Shown: positions 29,423-39,843 of the stretch, piece after piece
How the letters are laid out: each line of letters begins with the position of its first letter
Numbering within the stretch: position 1 is the stretch's first letter
NCBI GenBank assembly: GCA_963767925.1
Contig: CAVYGB010000001.1
Span: forward strand, 320,001-384,000
Reading direction: 5' to 3'
DNA from: an uncultured delta proteobacterium
GTDB lineage: Bacteria > Myxococcota_A > Polyangia > Fen-1088
Length of the DNA stretch: 64,000 nucleotides
The notes under the pieces: generated by a model
The model's input: only the letters and a program-made list of their open reading frames with translations
The model's database searches: none
What the model was told of the DNA's origin: nothing
Translations under genes and position numbers: made by a program

Positions 29423-31058
29423 CTAAAGCGCGGCGAGGAAGGTGTGGGCGCGGTGGAGCTGGGCGAGGGTGGCGATCCGTTCGGGGGTGGGGCCGTCGGT
29501 GGTGAGCAGGGCCGGGAGCTCGTCGCAGAGGGCGGCGAGGTGGGCGAGCTGGGGTTCGTCGAGGGCGTCGGCCAGGGGGTCGAGGCGGCTGGCGAGGGTG
29601 GCGGGGCGGTCCTCGTGCAGGGCCTTGCGGGCGGCCAGCGCGAGCTGCTCGAGGGGTGTCCGGGTCCGCGGCGTGGCGGCGGCGCTGGCGAGACGCGTGG
29701 CGACCCGCTCCACGGCGGCAGCGGCCGGACGCGACACCTCATCGTGGAGGAGCCGCCAGCCGATCCGGAATAGGAGGTCGCAGCTCAGCGCCTCGAGGCG
29801 TTTCACGGCGCTTGCTCCTGCCGGCGCGCGGCCGCCTTCGTGTTCATCCTTGCGTTCGCCGTCGCGACCCTGGCGCGGGTGGGGGTCGCTGAGCGCGTGC
29901 TCGAGGCCCAGGCTGCAGATCGCCAGCGCGGCCTGGGCGGCGTCGACCGGGCGCAGGCGCGCGCCGCGTGCGCCGACGCCGGCGAGGAGCACGTTGGCGA
30001 GGTAGCCGAGCTCGCGCATTCGATCGGCGTGGCGGTCGACGTCGCGCGCGGCGAGGTCGACGAGGGCCCGGGCGAGCAGGGTGTGCGCCCGCCGGCTGCT
30101 CTTCCCGTCCCGATTCGAGGAGCCGCGCCGCCGGCGCGTCGCCCGCCAGCTCGTCGAGCAGCGCGCGCAGGCTGGTAGGCTCGGGCGCGCTCGGTGCCGT
30201 GCCGGCCGACCGGGTGGTGGTGGCCGCGAGGGGCGTCGCCTGGTATTCGCGAAAGAACGCCGCCGTGACCGGATCGCGTGAGGGCGCCTGGAGCAGGCTC
30301 GCCACGTCGCCGGTGCGGGCCAGCGCGAGGAAGCTCCGGGCCGACGCCGCAGCGACGAATCCGGAGCGCGCGCGGCTGTCCTCGCGATCGGCGGCGGCAT
30401 CGGCCTGGAGCATCTCCTCGGAGGTGAGCACCTCCCACAGGCCCCCCTGGCCGTAGACGTAGTCGCTCGTCACGCGCCACAGCCGCTCCAGCATCGGCTG
30501 CAGGGCGTTGCTGTGCCGCTCGTCGAGGGCGGTCAGCACGGTGGCGACCGCCTCCCAGCTGTCGGCGCGCCGCCCGATCACGCAGTAGTCACCGAGCTCG
30601 AGGTACGGACTGTCCTCGACGACCTTCTCCAGCGGCACCTGGCCTTCGCCCTCGGAGATCAGCAGCGCCAGCTCCTCGAGGCTGATCACCAGGATGTGAT
30701 GGTGCAGGGCGAGCTCGACCATCTCCTCGGGCAGCTCGGCCAGCTTGTCGGCGGCGAAGCGCTCGCCGGCCTCGAGCATGACCTCGAGCCACAAGGTGAA
30801 GCGCGCGGCGTCGAACCGCTCGTCCTCGCCGGGGCGCTCGCTGCGCCAGAGGTCCTCCTCGAAGACCCGGCGGAGCTGGTCGACGGTGGCCAGCGCCACC
30901 AGCTCGCCCGCGTCTTCCAGGCCAATGCGATCGATGAGCCCCAGCAGCGCCGCGGGCGGCAGCGCCTGGACGGCGCCGACCAGGCCGGGCTGGTCGAGGA
31001 TTCGCGCCAGCAGGTTCTGGGGATTCGCGGGCGTTCGCGGCGCCAGTGGTTTTGTCAT
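29423..31058 (-). pseudogene. DUF6178-like protein, frameshift near 30100
   Basis: IGLEDAGELVALAT.DQL..DLW N-terminus; [21 protein letters not shown] continues in another frame. Confidence 0.55.
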
Positions 31059-31428
31059 GGGGTGGTACCCCGGAGGACCGGACAGAAGGGATCTCCGGGT
31101 ACAGGTGCCTGTACTGCAGGGGCGCCAGCACTTTCAAGCTTCCGCCGGACCGAGCTTGGAGGTAGTCTTGCTGTCAGGTGGCGCGGTAGGCGCCGAACCT
31201 CGGCGCATCGGGGGAACCGACGTGACGGCGCCGCGGGCGTACACTGGACCGGCGATGGCCAGCAGCCCCACGCCCCCGCCTTCGCCCTGCGGGTGGTCTA
31301 CGCCCAGCCGAGGCGCCGCACCTCGGTCAAGCTGCTCGCCTTCGTCGCGAGCTACGCCCTGCTCCTCGCCCTGACCCTGGCCGGCACGGCGATCTTCAGC
31401 GCGCTGTGATTATCTGGGGAGCCCCCGG

Positions 31429-32748
31429 TCACGGGGACAGGCGCTCGAGGTCGCGGGGGAAGGTGGTGGCGAGGCGGATGTTGGGGAGGCGGCAGAGCTG
31501 CATCAGCAGCCGTTCGAGGCCGATGGCGAAGCCGCCGTGGGGGGGCATGCCGTGGCGGAAGGCCGCCAGGTAGGCCTCGAACGGTGCCTGCGGAAGGCCC
31601 GCCCGCGCGAGGGCGGCCAGGTAGTCGGCGTGGCGGTGCAGGCGCTGGCCGCCGGTGACCAGCTCGGTGCCCCGGAAGAGCAGGTCGAACGAGTTCGAGT
31701 GCTCGGGCCGGGCCGGGTCGGGGTGGGTGTAGAACGGCCGCCTGGACATCGGGTAGCCCATCACGAACAGGAAGTCGCTGCCCTGGGTCTCCTTCGCCCA
31801 TTGACCGAGAGTGCGTTCCTCCTGGGGCGACAGATCGGGCTCGGCGCGGCTGTCCACGCCCGTCAGGCGGAGCGTCAGCTCGTGCGCCTCGGTGAAGTGC
31901 AGGCTCGGGATCGTGGCCGGGACGGCAGGCACCTCGACGCCCAGCAGGGCGAGGTCAGCGGCGTGGTGCGCGGCCAGGCGGGCGAAGATGCCGGCCAGCA
32001 CCTCGCGCAGCAGGGCCATGACCTCGAGGTGGTTTCGGATGAAGCCCAGCTCGACGTCGAGGCTCACGTATTCGTTGATGTGGCGGGTTGTGTCGTGGGG
32101 CTCGGCCCGGAAGACCGGAGCCACCTCGTACACCCGCTCGAACACCCCCACCATGATCTGCTTGTAGAACTGGGGGCTCTGCGCGAGGTAGGCGGTACGC
32201 CCGAAGTAGTCGACGGCGAACACGTTGGCCCCTCCTTCGGTGGCCGAGGCGACGAGCTTGGGGGTCTGGATCTCGGTGAAGCCGGCCTCGTCGAGCGTGG
32301 CCCGGAAGCCGGCCATCGCCCCGGCGCCCAGCCGCAGCAGCGCGCGCCGGGAAGGGTGGCGGTTGGCCACGACGGCGTGGTCGAGCAACACGGGCAGGCT
32401 CGCGCGCAGCTCACGCTTGTGCAGCGCCAGCGGCGGCAGCTCGGTGGCGAGCGAGAGGACCTCGATCTTCAGGTCGTGCAGCTCGGCGCCGCCGGGCGCC
32501 TGGGGGGCGGCCAGCAGCCGGCCCTCGACCTGGATCACCGTCTCCAGCGCGGCGCCGGCTTCGATCAGGACGTGCACCTCGGCTTCCGACTCGGCGACGG
32601 CCTGCACGAGGCCGCTGCCATCGCGCACCACCAGGAAGTTGAGGGCGCCCATGCGCCGCCAGGAATGCAGCCAGCCTTGTACGCACACGCGCTGGCCAGC
32701 GTGCGTTTGCACCAGCGCGTACACCTCGGCCAACCGGACCCGTTCCAT
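31429..32748 (-). CDS. aspS: Archaeal-type (short, probably non-discriminating) aspartyl-tRNA synthetase
   Basis: 439 aa with no GAD insert; YLAQSPQFYKQ, FRAEPHDTTRH, GGQR, GMPPHGGFAIGLERL, FPRD. Confidence 0.92.
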   Translation of the reverse strand: MERVRLAEVYALVQTHAGQRVCVQGWLHSWRRMGALNFLVVRDGSGLVQAVAESEAEVHVLIEAGAALETVIQVEGRLLAAPQAPGGAELHDLKIEVLSLATELPPLALHKRELRASLPVLLDHAVVANRHPSRRALLRLGAGAMAGFRATLDEAGFTEIQTPKLVASATEGGANVFAVDYFGRTAYLAQSPQFYKQIMVGVFERVYEVAPVFRAEPHDTTRHINEYVSLDVELGFIRNHLEVMALLREVLAGIFARLAAHHAADLALLGVEVPAVPATIPSLHFTEAHELTLRLTGVDSRAEPDLSPQEERTLGQWAKETQGSDFLFVMGYPMSRRPFYTHPDPARPEHSNSFDLLFRGTELVTGGQRLHRHADYLAALARAGLPQAPFEAYLAAFRHGMPPHGGFAIGLERLLMQLCRLPNIRLATTFPRDLERLSP

Positions 32749-32763
32749 CGAGAGCCTCCAGAA

Positions 32764-32810
32764 CAGCGGGTCTGCCGTGGACGCGAGAAGACGCGCCGGC
32801 AGACCCGCTG
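32764..32810 (-). promoter_or_regulatory. Perfect 14-bp hairpin between the leader peptide and the aspS SD
   Basis: CAGCGGGTCTGCCG / CGGCAGACCCGCTG, followed by TTCT-GGAGG-N6-ATG. Confidence 0.8.
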
Positions 32811-32811
32811 G

Positions 32812-32850
32812 TCAGGCGCGCTTCTCGAGATCGTCGTCGTCGTCAGGCAT
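32812..32850 (-). CDS. Asp-rich leader peptide MPDDDDDLEKRA
   Basis: ATG CCT GAC GAC GAC GAC GAT CTC GAG AAG CGC GCC TGA, GGAG 7 nt upstream, directly 5' of aspS. Confidence 0.8.
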   Translation of the reverse strand: MPDDDDDLEKRA

Positions 32851-32978
32851 GTGTGTGCTCCGGCGAGAATTCAGAATAGCGCAGCCGCGGGAACGCGCGA
32901 CTGTTTTTGAGGACGGATCCGGCCCGGCCGCGTGGGAAAAAGCAACAACTCGGCCGGCGCATCGTAATCATTGGGGTG

Positions 32979-34151
32979 ATGACAAGCGCTTCGCTGATGC
33001 GGCTGGTTACGGTATGTGCGCTCGGCTCCGGGCTGATCGCGCAGAGGGCACAGGCCCAGGAGAGCGCCGGCGCCGGAGCGGGCGCCGCGCTGAAGCCGGA
33101 GAGCGACCTCATGAAGCGCATCGACAAGGCCGTCGTGGGCGGCGGCTTCGAGATGGAAGGCTACTGGATCTGGTGTCCCACGGTGACCAAGGGGGACGAC
33201 GGCCTCTTCCACATGTTCGCCTCGCGCTGGCCCAAGCGGTTGCCGTTCCACCCGGGCTGGATGGTGGCCTCCGAGGTGGTTCACGCCACCAGCAAGACCG
33301 CGGAGGGGCCCTACCGGTTCAGCGAGGTGGCGCTGCCCGCGCGCGGGCCCCAGTACTGGGACGGGCGCTCGACCCACAACCCCAAGATCGTGCGCCACGG
33401 CGCCACCTGGGTGCTCTTCTACATGGGCTCGACCCACCCCTTCGACGAACCGAAGCCGGAGCAGCTCACGCTCGATTCGCACTTCACCACGCTGGCCCGG
33501 GCCAGCAAGCGGGTCGGGGTGGCGACCGCCCGGAGCCCCTTCGGCCCCTGGACCCGCAAGGACGTGCCGGCGCTGACCACCAGGCCGGGGACTTACTACA
33601 GCTTCCTCACCTCCAACCCGGCGCCCTGGATCGAGAAGGACGGCAGCGTGGTGATGGTGTTCAAGTCGCGCGCCTACAAGGACAAGTACCCCTTCCAGAC
33701 GCCGATGAACCTCGGGGTGGCGCGCGCGCCCCACTTCGACAAGCCGTTTTCGGTGGTGACCGAAAAGCCCATCTTCGGCGTCGGCCACGGGGGTGAGGTC
33801 GAGGACCCGTACATCTGGAAGGACGGGCAGGGCTTCCACATGATCGCCAAGGACCAGCGGGGCGACGTCACTGGCGAGCGCCACGGCGGCCTCCTGGCGC
33901 ACTCTCCCGACGGCGTGGCCTGGAAGGTGGACCCGGCCCCCCGGGCTTACAGCAAGACGCTCACCTTCACCGACGGCAAGGTCCAGGTGATGGGTCAGCT
34001 CGAGCGCGCCTCGGTGCTGGTGCAGGACGGGGTTGTGACCCACATGTTCTTCGCGGCGATGGACGGCTCGGGCGGCTTCCAGAACGGGACCCGCACCTGG
34101 GCCCAGGTGGTGCGCCTCAAGCCCCAGCGCCCGACCGCCGCCGCCCGCTGA
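32979..34151 (+). CDS. Secreted five-bladed beta-propeller glycoside hydrolase (GH43-like clan)
   Basis: Signal peptide; YWIWCP, FHMFASRW, THNPKI, SNPAP, EDPYIW, LER. Confidence 0.75.
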   Translation: MTSASLMRLVTVCALGSGLIAQRAQAQESAGAGAGAALKPESDLMKRIDKAVVGGGFEMEGYWIWCPTVTKGDDGLFHMFASRWPKRLPFHPGWMVASEVVHATSKTAEGPYRFSEVALPARGPQYWDGRSTHNPKIVRHGATWVLFYMGSTHPFDEPKPEQLTLDSHFTTLARASKRVGVATARSPFGPWTRKDVPALTTRPGTYYSFLTSNPAPWIEKDGSVVMVFKSRAYKDKYPFQTPMNLGVARAPHFDKPFSVVTEKPIFGVGHGGEVEDPYIWKDGQGFHMIAKDQRGDVTGERHGGLLAHSPDGVAWKVDPAPRAYSKTLTFTDGKVQVMGQLERASVLVQDGVVTHMFFAAMDGSGGFQNGTRTWAQVVRLKPQRPTAAAR

Positions 34152-34352
34152 CGCCCTCGGGTTGACCCGGGTCGGGCGGGCACGGATCCTCGTCGGGAAG
34201 GACGGGGCGGGGATCGGGCGCGGTTGCTCCCCGGGGCGGTGGACGCCGGCTTCTCAGCGGTCATCCTTCGAGCGAGCATCCCCCACGGGTTCGGCGGGAG
34301 TCTTGCTCCCCGTTGTCCGGGCGAGGAATTTTCGGTCAAGCCGTTCGGTGCG

Positions 34353-35186
34353 CTACGCGGCCTTGCGGGTGGCGGCCTGCTCGGATTCGGCGACTTCGCG
34401 CAGGAACTTCAGGAGGCCGAGCTTGCGGGCGAGCCAGAGGGCCAGACGGGGGGACAGCACCCGGATCAGCAGCAGCGGGGTGGGGGGCTTGCCGCTGACG
34501 AGGATCTCGGGCGCGCGGGTGGCGAGGGCGCGCAGGACGCCAGCGGCGACGGCCTGGGGGGTCACCTCGCCGACGGCGCCGGGGGCCGGGCGGCCCTTGC
34601 GGGCGAACATCCCCGCGTCGCGCACGAAGCCCGGGCAGACCGTCGAGATCGCCACCCCGCTGCCGTCTAGCTCGCCGGTCAGCGAGGCCCCGAAGCCCAC
34701 CAGCGCCGCCTTCGTCGCCGAGTAGACGCTGGCGAACGGCATCCCGAGGACACCCGCCATGGAGGCGATGTTGACGATGTGGCCGCGGCCGGCCGCGAGC
34801 ATGTCGGGCAAGACCAGACGCGCGAGGTGCAGCGGAGCGGTCACGTTGGTGGCCACCAGCCCGTCGATGCTGGCCGGGTCCTGCTCGTGGAAGGGGGCCA
34901 CCACCTCGAGACCGGCGTTGTTGATCAGCACGTCGAGGGCGCCGAACCGCTCGCGCGTGCGGGCCACCAGCGCGCGCCGCGAGCCCTCGTCGGTGACGTC
35001 GGTGGCGACGACCTCCACCTCGGCGCCGCCTGCGCGCAGCTCGGCGGCCACCGCTTCGAGCTTGTCGCGCGAGCGCGCCGCCAGCACCAGGCGCGCGCCC
35101 TGCCCGGCGAGCGCGCGGGCGATGAAGGGACCGAGCCCCTGCGAGGCGCCGGTGAGCACCACCACCTGACCGTTCAGCCTGGACAT
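34353..35186 (-). CDS. Short-chain dehydrogenase/reductase
   Basis: TGASQGLG, NNAG, YSATK. Confidence 0.92.
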   Translation of the reverse strand: MSRLNGQVVVLTGASQGLGPFIARALAGQGARLVLAARSRDKLEAVAAELRAGGAEVEVVATDVTDEGSRRALVARTRERFGALDVLINNAGLEVVAPFHEQDPASIDGLVATNVTAPLHLARLVLPDMLAAGRGHIVNIASMAGVLGMPFASVYSATKAALVGFGASLTGELDGSGVAISTVCPGFVRDAGMFARKGRPAPGAVGEVTPQAVAAGVLRALATRAPEILVSGKPPTPLLLIRVLSPRLALWLARKLGLLKFLREVAESEQAATRKAA

Positions 35187-35479
35187 CGCCGCAGTCTAGC
35201 CCGCTGCGGCCGATCGACCTACGCGCCGTGTTCACTCCCGGCTTGGGGCGAGGGCGAGCGGAAAACGTGTCCACGAAGGGCGAGGTCACGAACAGGGCCC
35301 CTTCGCGGGCGCGACCACTCGTCGGGCGCCGACCGGGCGCGGGTGGGCCGCGCGGGTCCCGCGCTCGGGTCCTGACGGAGCGCGCGAACGTTTTTCCTCG
35401 GGCTTTTCCGGGGAGGTGGATTGGTCTAGTGTGCCCCCGGGGCCGGCCCCATTTTCGGGCTCCCCGGTGGAGGATTCAG

Positions 35480-36745
35480 ATGCGACCAGTTGCACCGGTA
35501 TTCGCTTCGTCTGTCCTGGCCGTCGCGGCCTTTGTCTGTTTGGGGGGGTGCTCCTCCGAGGCGGAGCCGGGGCCGGGTGGCACGGCTGGCACCGGCGGCG
35601 CGGGGGGCTCGGCCGGCTCGGCCGGGGGCTCCGGCGGCGCTACCCCACCGAGCGGCGGCGCACCTGCGCCAACTGCGGGAGCGGCCGGGGGCGCGCCGAG
35701 CCCGGGCAGCGGCGGCTCGGGCGGGGGCAGCGCCGGCAGCGGCGGGGGCAGCGCCGGCAGCACCGGCAGGGATGGCTCGTCGTCGGGGTCGCGGGCGGAC
35801 GCAGGTGCGCGGGATGCCAGCGGCGGCGGCGCTGCCGACGGACCGGTGGCGGTGCCGGCCGAGGGGTGGATGGGATACAAGGGCGTGGCGGACCTGTCGG
35901 TCGTCGACAGGACCGCGGGCTGTGGCAAGCCGGCGGGCATCGGGCTCAACACCTTCGTGCAGTTCGAGACCAGGGTGGCCATCCCGATGAACCACAACGG
36001 GCCGGGTGGCGACGGGACGCGCCGGTACTTCGTCAAGCTGCCGCCGAGCTACGATCCCGCGAAGGTCTACAAGCTCGTGGTCAGCCCCTCTGCCTGTGTG
36101 AACCAGGCGACGCGCCCCGCGGGCATCGACTATTCGGGGGCGACAAACCCGTCGGGCGGGGTCATCCAGATCACCCCGATCGTCGAGCCGGGCGTCCTGC
36201 AGTTCGGCGACTACATCTGCTACGACGACCACGACACGAACTCGATCGAATACCCCCTGCTCGAGACGATGCTGAAGGAGGTCGGGGACAAGTTCTGCTA
36301 CGACCGGAACAAGGTCTTCGTCCAGGGGCACAGCAGCGGCGGCTGGTACGCCAACATGGTCGGGTGCGTGTACGGCAGCACGCTGGTCCGGGCGGTCACC
36401 TCCAACGGCGGCGGCCTGGCGAACAAGGCCGGCGAAGCGCCCCCCTGCAAGGAGACGCCGACCGCCGGGATGTGGATCCACCCCACCGGTGACGACGAGG
36501 AGCCGGACGCGACGAAGCGCGCGATCGACCGGGCCCTCAAGCTGAACAAGTGCGAGGGCGGCGGCGCCGCCGGGGCCTGGCAATCGGCCCCCACCGAGCC
36601 CTACACCCTGGGCGGCGCGCGCAACTGCCGGAAGTACAAGTGCCCGGCCGCCTTCCCGGTCGTCTTCTGCGAGCCCCCCGGCGGCCACGCCCCCATCTCC
36701 TGGCACCCGGCCGCGGCCTGGGCGCTGTTCGACGCGCTCCCCTGA
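35480..36745 (+). CDS. Lipoprotein alpha/beta-hydrolase (polymer esterase-like)
   Basis: Lipobox LGGC, Gly/Ser linker, GHSSGG nucleophile elbow, C-terminal GGH. Confidence 0.75.
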   Translation: MRPVAPVFASSVLAVAAFVCLGGCSSEAEPGPGGTAGTGGAGGSAGSAGGSGGATPPSGGAPAPTAGAAGGAPSPGSGGSGGGSAGSGGGSAGSTGRDGSSSGSRADAGARDASGGGAADGPVAVPAEGWMGYKGVADLSVVDRTAGCGKPAGIGLNTFVQFETRVAIPMNHNGPGGDGTRRYFVKLPPSYDPAKVYKLVVSPSACVNQATRPAGIDYSGATNPSGGVIQITPIVEPGVLQFGDYICYDDHDTNSIEYPLLETMLKEVGDKFCYDRNKVFVQGHSSGGWYANMVGCVYGSTLVRAVTSNGGGLANKAGEAPPCKETPTAGMWIHPTGDDEEPDATKRAIDRALKLNKCEGGGAAGAWQSAPTEPYTLGGARNCRKYKCPAAFPVVFCEPPGGHAPISWHPAAAWALFDALP

Positions 36746-36909
36746 CGCGCGCGCGAAGCCAGGCATCCTCGACTGCGACGGCGGCCGTCCTGCTGCACCC
36801 GGGCAGGACCGGCCGCCGTTTCGTTTCCACGCGCGCCCCGCTTCTGCGAGAACGCGGGCGCCAGCGGCAGGTAATCCAATGGTTTTCCGGGCTGGCCCGA
36901 ATATCAGGC

Positions 36910-38514
36910 ATGCGCCTCCGCCTGTCGCCGATCGCCGCTTCCGCATTCGTGTTCCTGGCTGCCGCGTGCAGCCCCGACCCCGGAGCGCCGATCGACCCGG
37001 GACCCGGCGCCGCCGCCCCGCCCACGCAGCCCGGACGGCCGGCTCCGACGCCCCCCGCGCCGTCCCCGGGCGACCCGCCCGAGCCGGGACCTTCCGGCCC
37101 TCCCCCGGGCGTCGCGCCGCCGGCACCCGACCCCGGCCCGCCGCCTCCCAGCACGACGCTGCCTCCCGGCCCGCCTCCGTCCGGCGCGCCGACCGACCCG
37201 CCCCCGGCTGCCCCGCCTTCCAACCTGGCGGCGACGCCCCCCGACGAGCCGTTGCCGCCTTGCAAGCGCACCGTCCAGGTCGGCGGCGGCGGCCTCGGCG
37301 GCGCGATCGCCGCGGCCGCGCCCGGTGACTGTCTGATCGTCGCCGACGGCAACCACAGCGCGCCGACCATCACCGCCAAGGGGACCGCCGAGGCGCCCAT
37401 CGTCATCCGCGCCGCCAACCGGCTGCAGGCGGTGTTCAACGCCGGCAGCCTGCAATTCTCGGGCTCCGCGTACGTCGTCGTCGAGGGGTTCCGCTTCAGC
37501 GGGGGCGGCGGCATCCGCTTCGACAACAGCCGGAGCTGCCGGCTGAGCCGCTCGCGCGTCACCCTCGGCGGCGGCCACTGGATCGTCGTGGACGGCAACA
37601 GCGAGGGCAATCGCATCGACCGCAACGAGCTCGGGCCCAAGAACAGCGACGGCAACATGATCGGACCCACCGGGCAGTCGACGAAGACCCGCATCGACAG
37701 GAACTACCTCCACGACGTCAGCCCCGGCGGCAACGGCCGCGAGACCTTGCGGCTGGGCTGCTGCGGGGCCCAGGCCGACGCCCACGACACCTTCAACGTC
37801 GTCGAGCACAACCTGCTGGTCAACTGCAGCGGCGAGGCCGAGATCATCACCGTCAAGAGCTCGAGCAACACCATCCGCTACAACACCTTCCGCAACTCGC
37901 GCGGCAACGTCACCCTGCGCGCGGGCAAGCGCGGGACGATTCACGGCAACTTCATGTTCGGCAACGGGATCCGCCTCTACGACGAGGACCACAAGGTGTT
38001 CAACAACTACGTCGAGGGCTCGCCCGGCCCGGCGATCATCGTCGGCAGCGGCCAGCCGCCCACCAACGCCCAGACCCGGCGGGCCTTCATCGTGCACAAC
38101 ACCCTGATCGGCACGGGCGCCCTGTTCGGGCACGGGCGCCGGCCGCTCGGCGATCTCGACACGACCTTCGCCAACAACATCATCCAGGCGCCCGGCGCCG
38201 CCATCAGCTACGCCACCCCCTCGCTGAGCCCGAAGTACCTGGGCAACATCGTGTTCGGCGGTCCCGTCGGGGTGGAGGCCGGTCCCGAGGCCTTCCGCGT
38301 GATCGACCCGCAGCTCGCGATGGGCGCCGGCGCCCTCGCCCCCGGTGCCGGCAGCCCGGCCCTCGACGCCGCCAGCGTGACCTTCCCCTTCGTCACCGAC
38401 GACGTCCACGGCCAGCCCCGCGCCCAGCCCGACGTCGGCGCCGACGAGCTCTCCTCCGCGCCCGGCTCCAGCCGCCCCCTCACCCCCGCCGACGTGGGCC
38501 CCGACGCCCCCTGA
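36910..38514 (+). CDS. Polysaccharide lyase family 6 (chondroitinase-B-like beta-helix) lipoprotein
   Basis: LAAAC lipobox, Pro linker, APGDCLIVADG, NGRETLRLG, GEAEIITVKSSSNTIRYNTF, VGADE. Confidence 0.8.
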   Translation: MRLRLSPIAASAFVFLAAACSPDPGAPIDPGPGAAAPPTQPGRPAPTPPAPSPGDPPEPGPSGPPPGVAPPAPDPGPPPPSTTLPPGPPPSGAPTDPPPAAPPSNLAATPPDEPLPPCKRTVQVGGGGLGGAIAAAAPGDCLIVADGNHSAPTITAKGTAEAPIVIRAANRLQAVFNAGSLQFSGSAYVVVEGFRFSGGGGIRFDNSRSCRLSRSRVTLGGGHWIVVDGNSEGNRIDRNELGPKNSDGNMIGPTGQSTKTRIDRNYLHDVSPGGNGRETLRLGCCGAQADAHDTFNVVEHNLLVNCSGEAEIITVKSSSNTIRYNTFRNSRGNVTLRAGKRGTIHGNFMFGNGIRLYDEDHKVFNNYVEGSPGPAIIVGSGQPPTNAQTRRAFIVHNTLIGTGALFGHGRRPLGDLDTTFANNIIQAPGAAISYATPSLSPKYLGNIVFGGPVGVEAGPEAFRVIDPQLAMGAGALAPGAGSPALDAASVTFPFVTDDVHGQPRAQPDVGADELSSAPGSSRPLTPADVGPDAP

Positions 38515-38642
38515 TCGGCGGCCGGCCCGGGATCGCGGCGTCGAGGGGGCCGCCGCGCGCGCCCGGGTGGGGCGACCGGCTACTCACCGCCCCTCGGCCC
38601 GCCGGGCCATGTGCTCGTGGGTCCCGGCGGGGCGACCGACTT

Positions 38643-39068
38643 TCACGACCCCTCGGCCCGCCGAGCAGCGTGCTCGCGGAGCAAGGCCGCCGTCTCGGTG
38701 TGGCCCTTCTCCTCGGCGATGTCCAGGGCGGAGCGGCCGTCACCCGCCAGGCGGGCCGGATCGGCCCCGCCGTCGAGCAGCCGCCGCGCGAGGTGGGTCC
38801 GGCCCAGGTACGCCGACCAGTAGAGCGACGTCGACCAGGGCACGTGCCACTGATCGATCGCCCGGTCGACCGAGCCCGGATCTTCGGCCAGCCGCGCCTC
38901 GACGTGCTCGGGCAGGTCGAAGCAGACGGCGTCGTCCAGGTCGACCGGGCAGTGGGCCCGCATCCACGCCGCCGGCCGCAGCCCGGCCCGGTGCGCCCCC
39001 CGCAGCTCCCTGGCTTGCCGCCTGAGCTGCTCGAGATCAGGTCGCTCGGGAAGAGCACGAAGCGCCAT
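38643..39068 (-). CDS. Short ankyrin-repeat protein, possibly internally deleted
   Basis: LPERPDLEQLRRQAREL N-terminal motif joined to ~2 ankyrin repeats (LLDGGADP, GRSALDIA). Confidence 0.6.
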   Translation of the reverse strand: MALRALPERPDLEQLRRQARELRGAHRAGLRPAAWMRAHCPVDLDDAVCFDLPEHVEARLAEDPGSVDRAIDQWHVPWSTSLYWSAYLGRTHLARRLLDGGADPARLAGDGRSALDIAEEKGHTETAALLREHAARRAEGS

Positions 39069-39116
39069 GTGCCGCTCCTTTCACAGCACCTGCCGTCCGC
39101 AAGCTCGGGCCAACGT

Positions 39117-39740
39117 TCAGCTCGTCGCAGCGGGGTGCCCGAGGGCCTGTCGCTCTTCCGGGCGGAGGATGCGGGGTTCGACGCGTGGGGTACGGGTCTT
39201 GTCGTCGAAGAACGGTGAGGGGGCACCGGCGCCTGTGAGCCACCATTTTCCGAGCAGCCTCACGGTCCGTCCGATGACTCTCGGCAGGGAGGAGCGCGGG
39301 CCGGCGGACGGAGCTGGCCCGGTGGCCGACTTCGTCTGAACGTGGGCGAGGGGAGCGCCCAGCACCTCGTCGCGGGCCCGGCCGTCGCGGCCATGGTCCA
39401 TGAACGTGTGCACCAGTCCGATGAAGGGGATGCGGGGGCCGAGGGTATTTCCGAGGGGCGTCCGGCACGACCCGCAGTACCAGCGGTACATGCCCTTGTC
39501 CGAGAGGCGCACGCAGCTCAGCGCGCCCAGGCCGCTGGTGATGCGCACCTTCGCCGGCGCCATCTGGAAGACGTCGGTGCCTCCCCGATCGTTGGTGATC
39601 CCGGGCCGCGCGAGGAAGCGGGCATAAGCCTGGCAGTCCTTGCAGTAGCAAACCACACGACACCCGGCGCGGGGATGGACGTCGAGGGCAGCACCTTCGA
39701 GCGCGCCACAGGTGCACCGGAGCGGGATCTCGGTCGGCAT
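39117..39740 (-). CDS. DUF6151/GFA-like zinc-binding protein
   Basis: CTCG, CYCKDCQ, RWYCGSCRTPLGN. Confidence 0.75.
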   Translation of the reverse strand: MPTEIPLRCTCGALEGAALDVHPRAGCRVVCYCKDCQAYARFLARPGITNDRGGTDVFQMAPAKVRITSGLGALSCVRLSDKGMYRWYCGSCRTPLGNTLGPRIPFIGLVHTFMDHGRDGRARDEVLGAPLAHVQTKSATGPAPSAGPRSSLPRVIGRTVRLLGKWWLTGAGAPSPFFDDKTRTPRVEPRILRPEERQALGHPAATS

Positions 39741-39843
39741 CGCGCGAAGCTACCACGGTCCCGAACCCTGCGGCCGTGGGGGGCCTCGCCAGGTCGAGCT
39801 CCACCGACTTCGGCGCTGCCGGCCTCGGCGCTGCCGGCCTCGG

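Noticed and set aside
39811..39840. 15-bp tandem duplication CGGCGCTGCCGGCCT x2
   Set aside because: Two copies of GC-only-like sequence; likely slippage with no evident function
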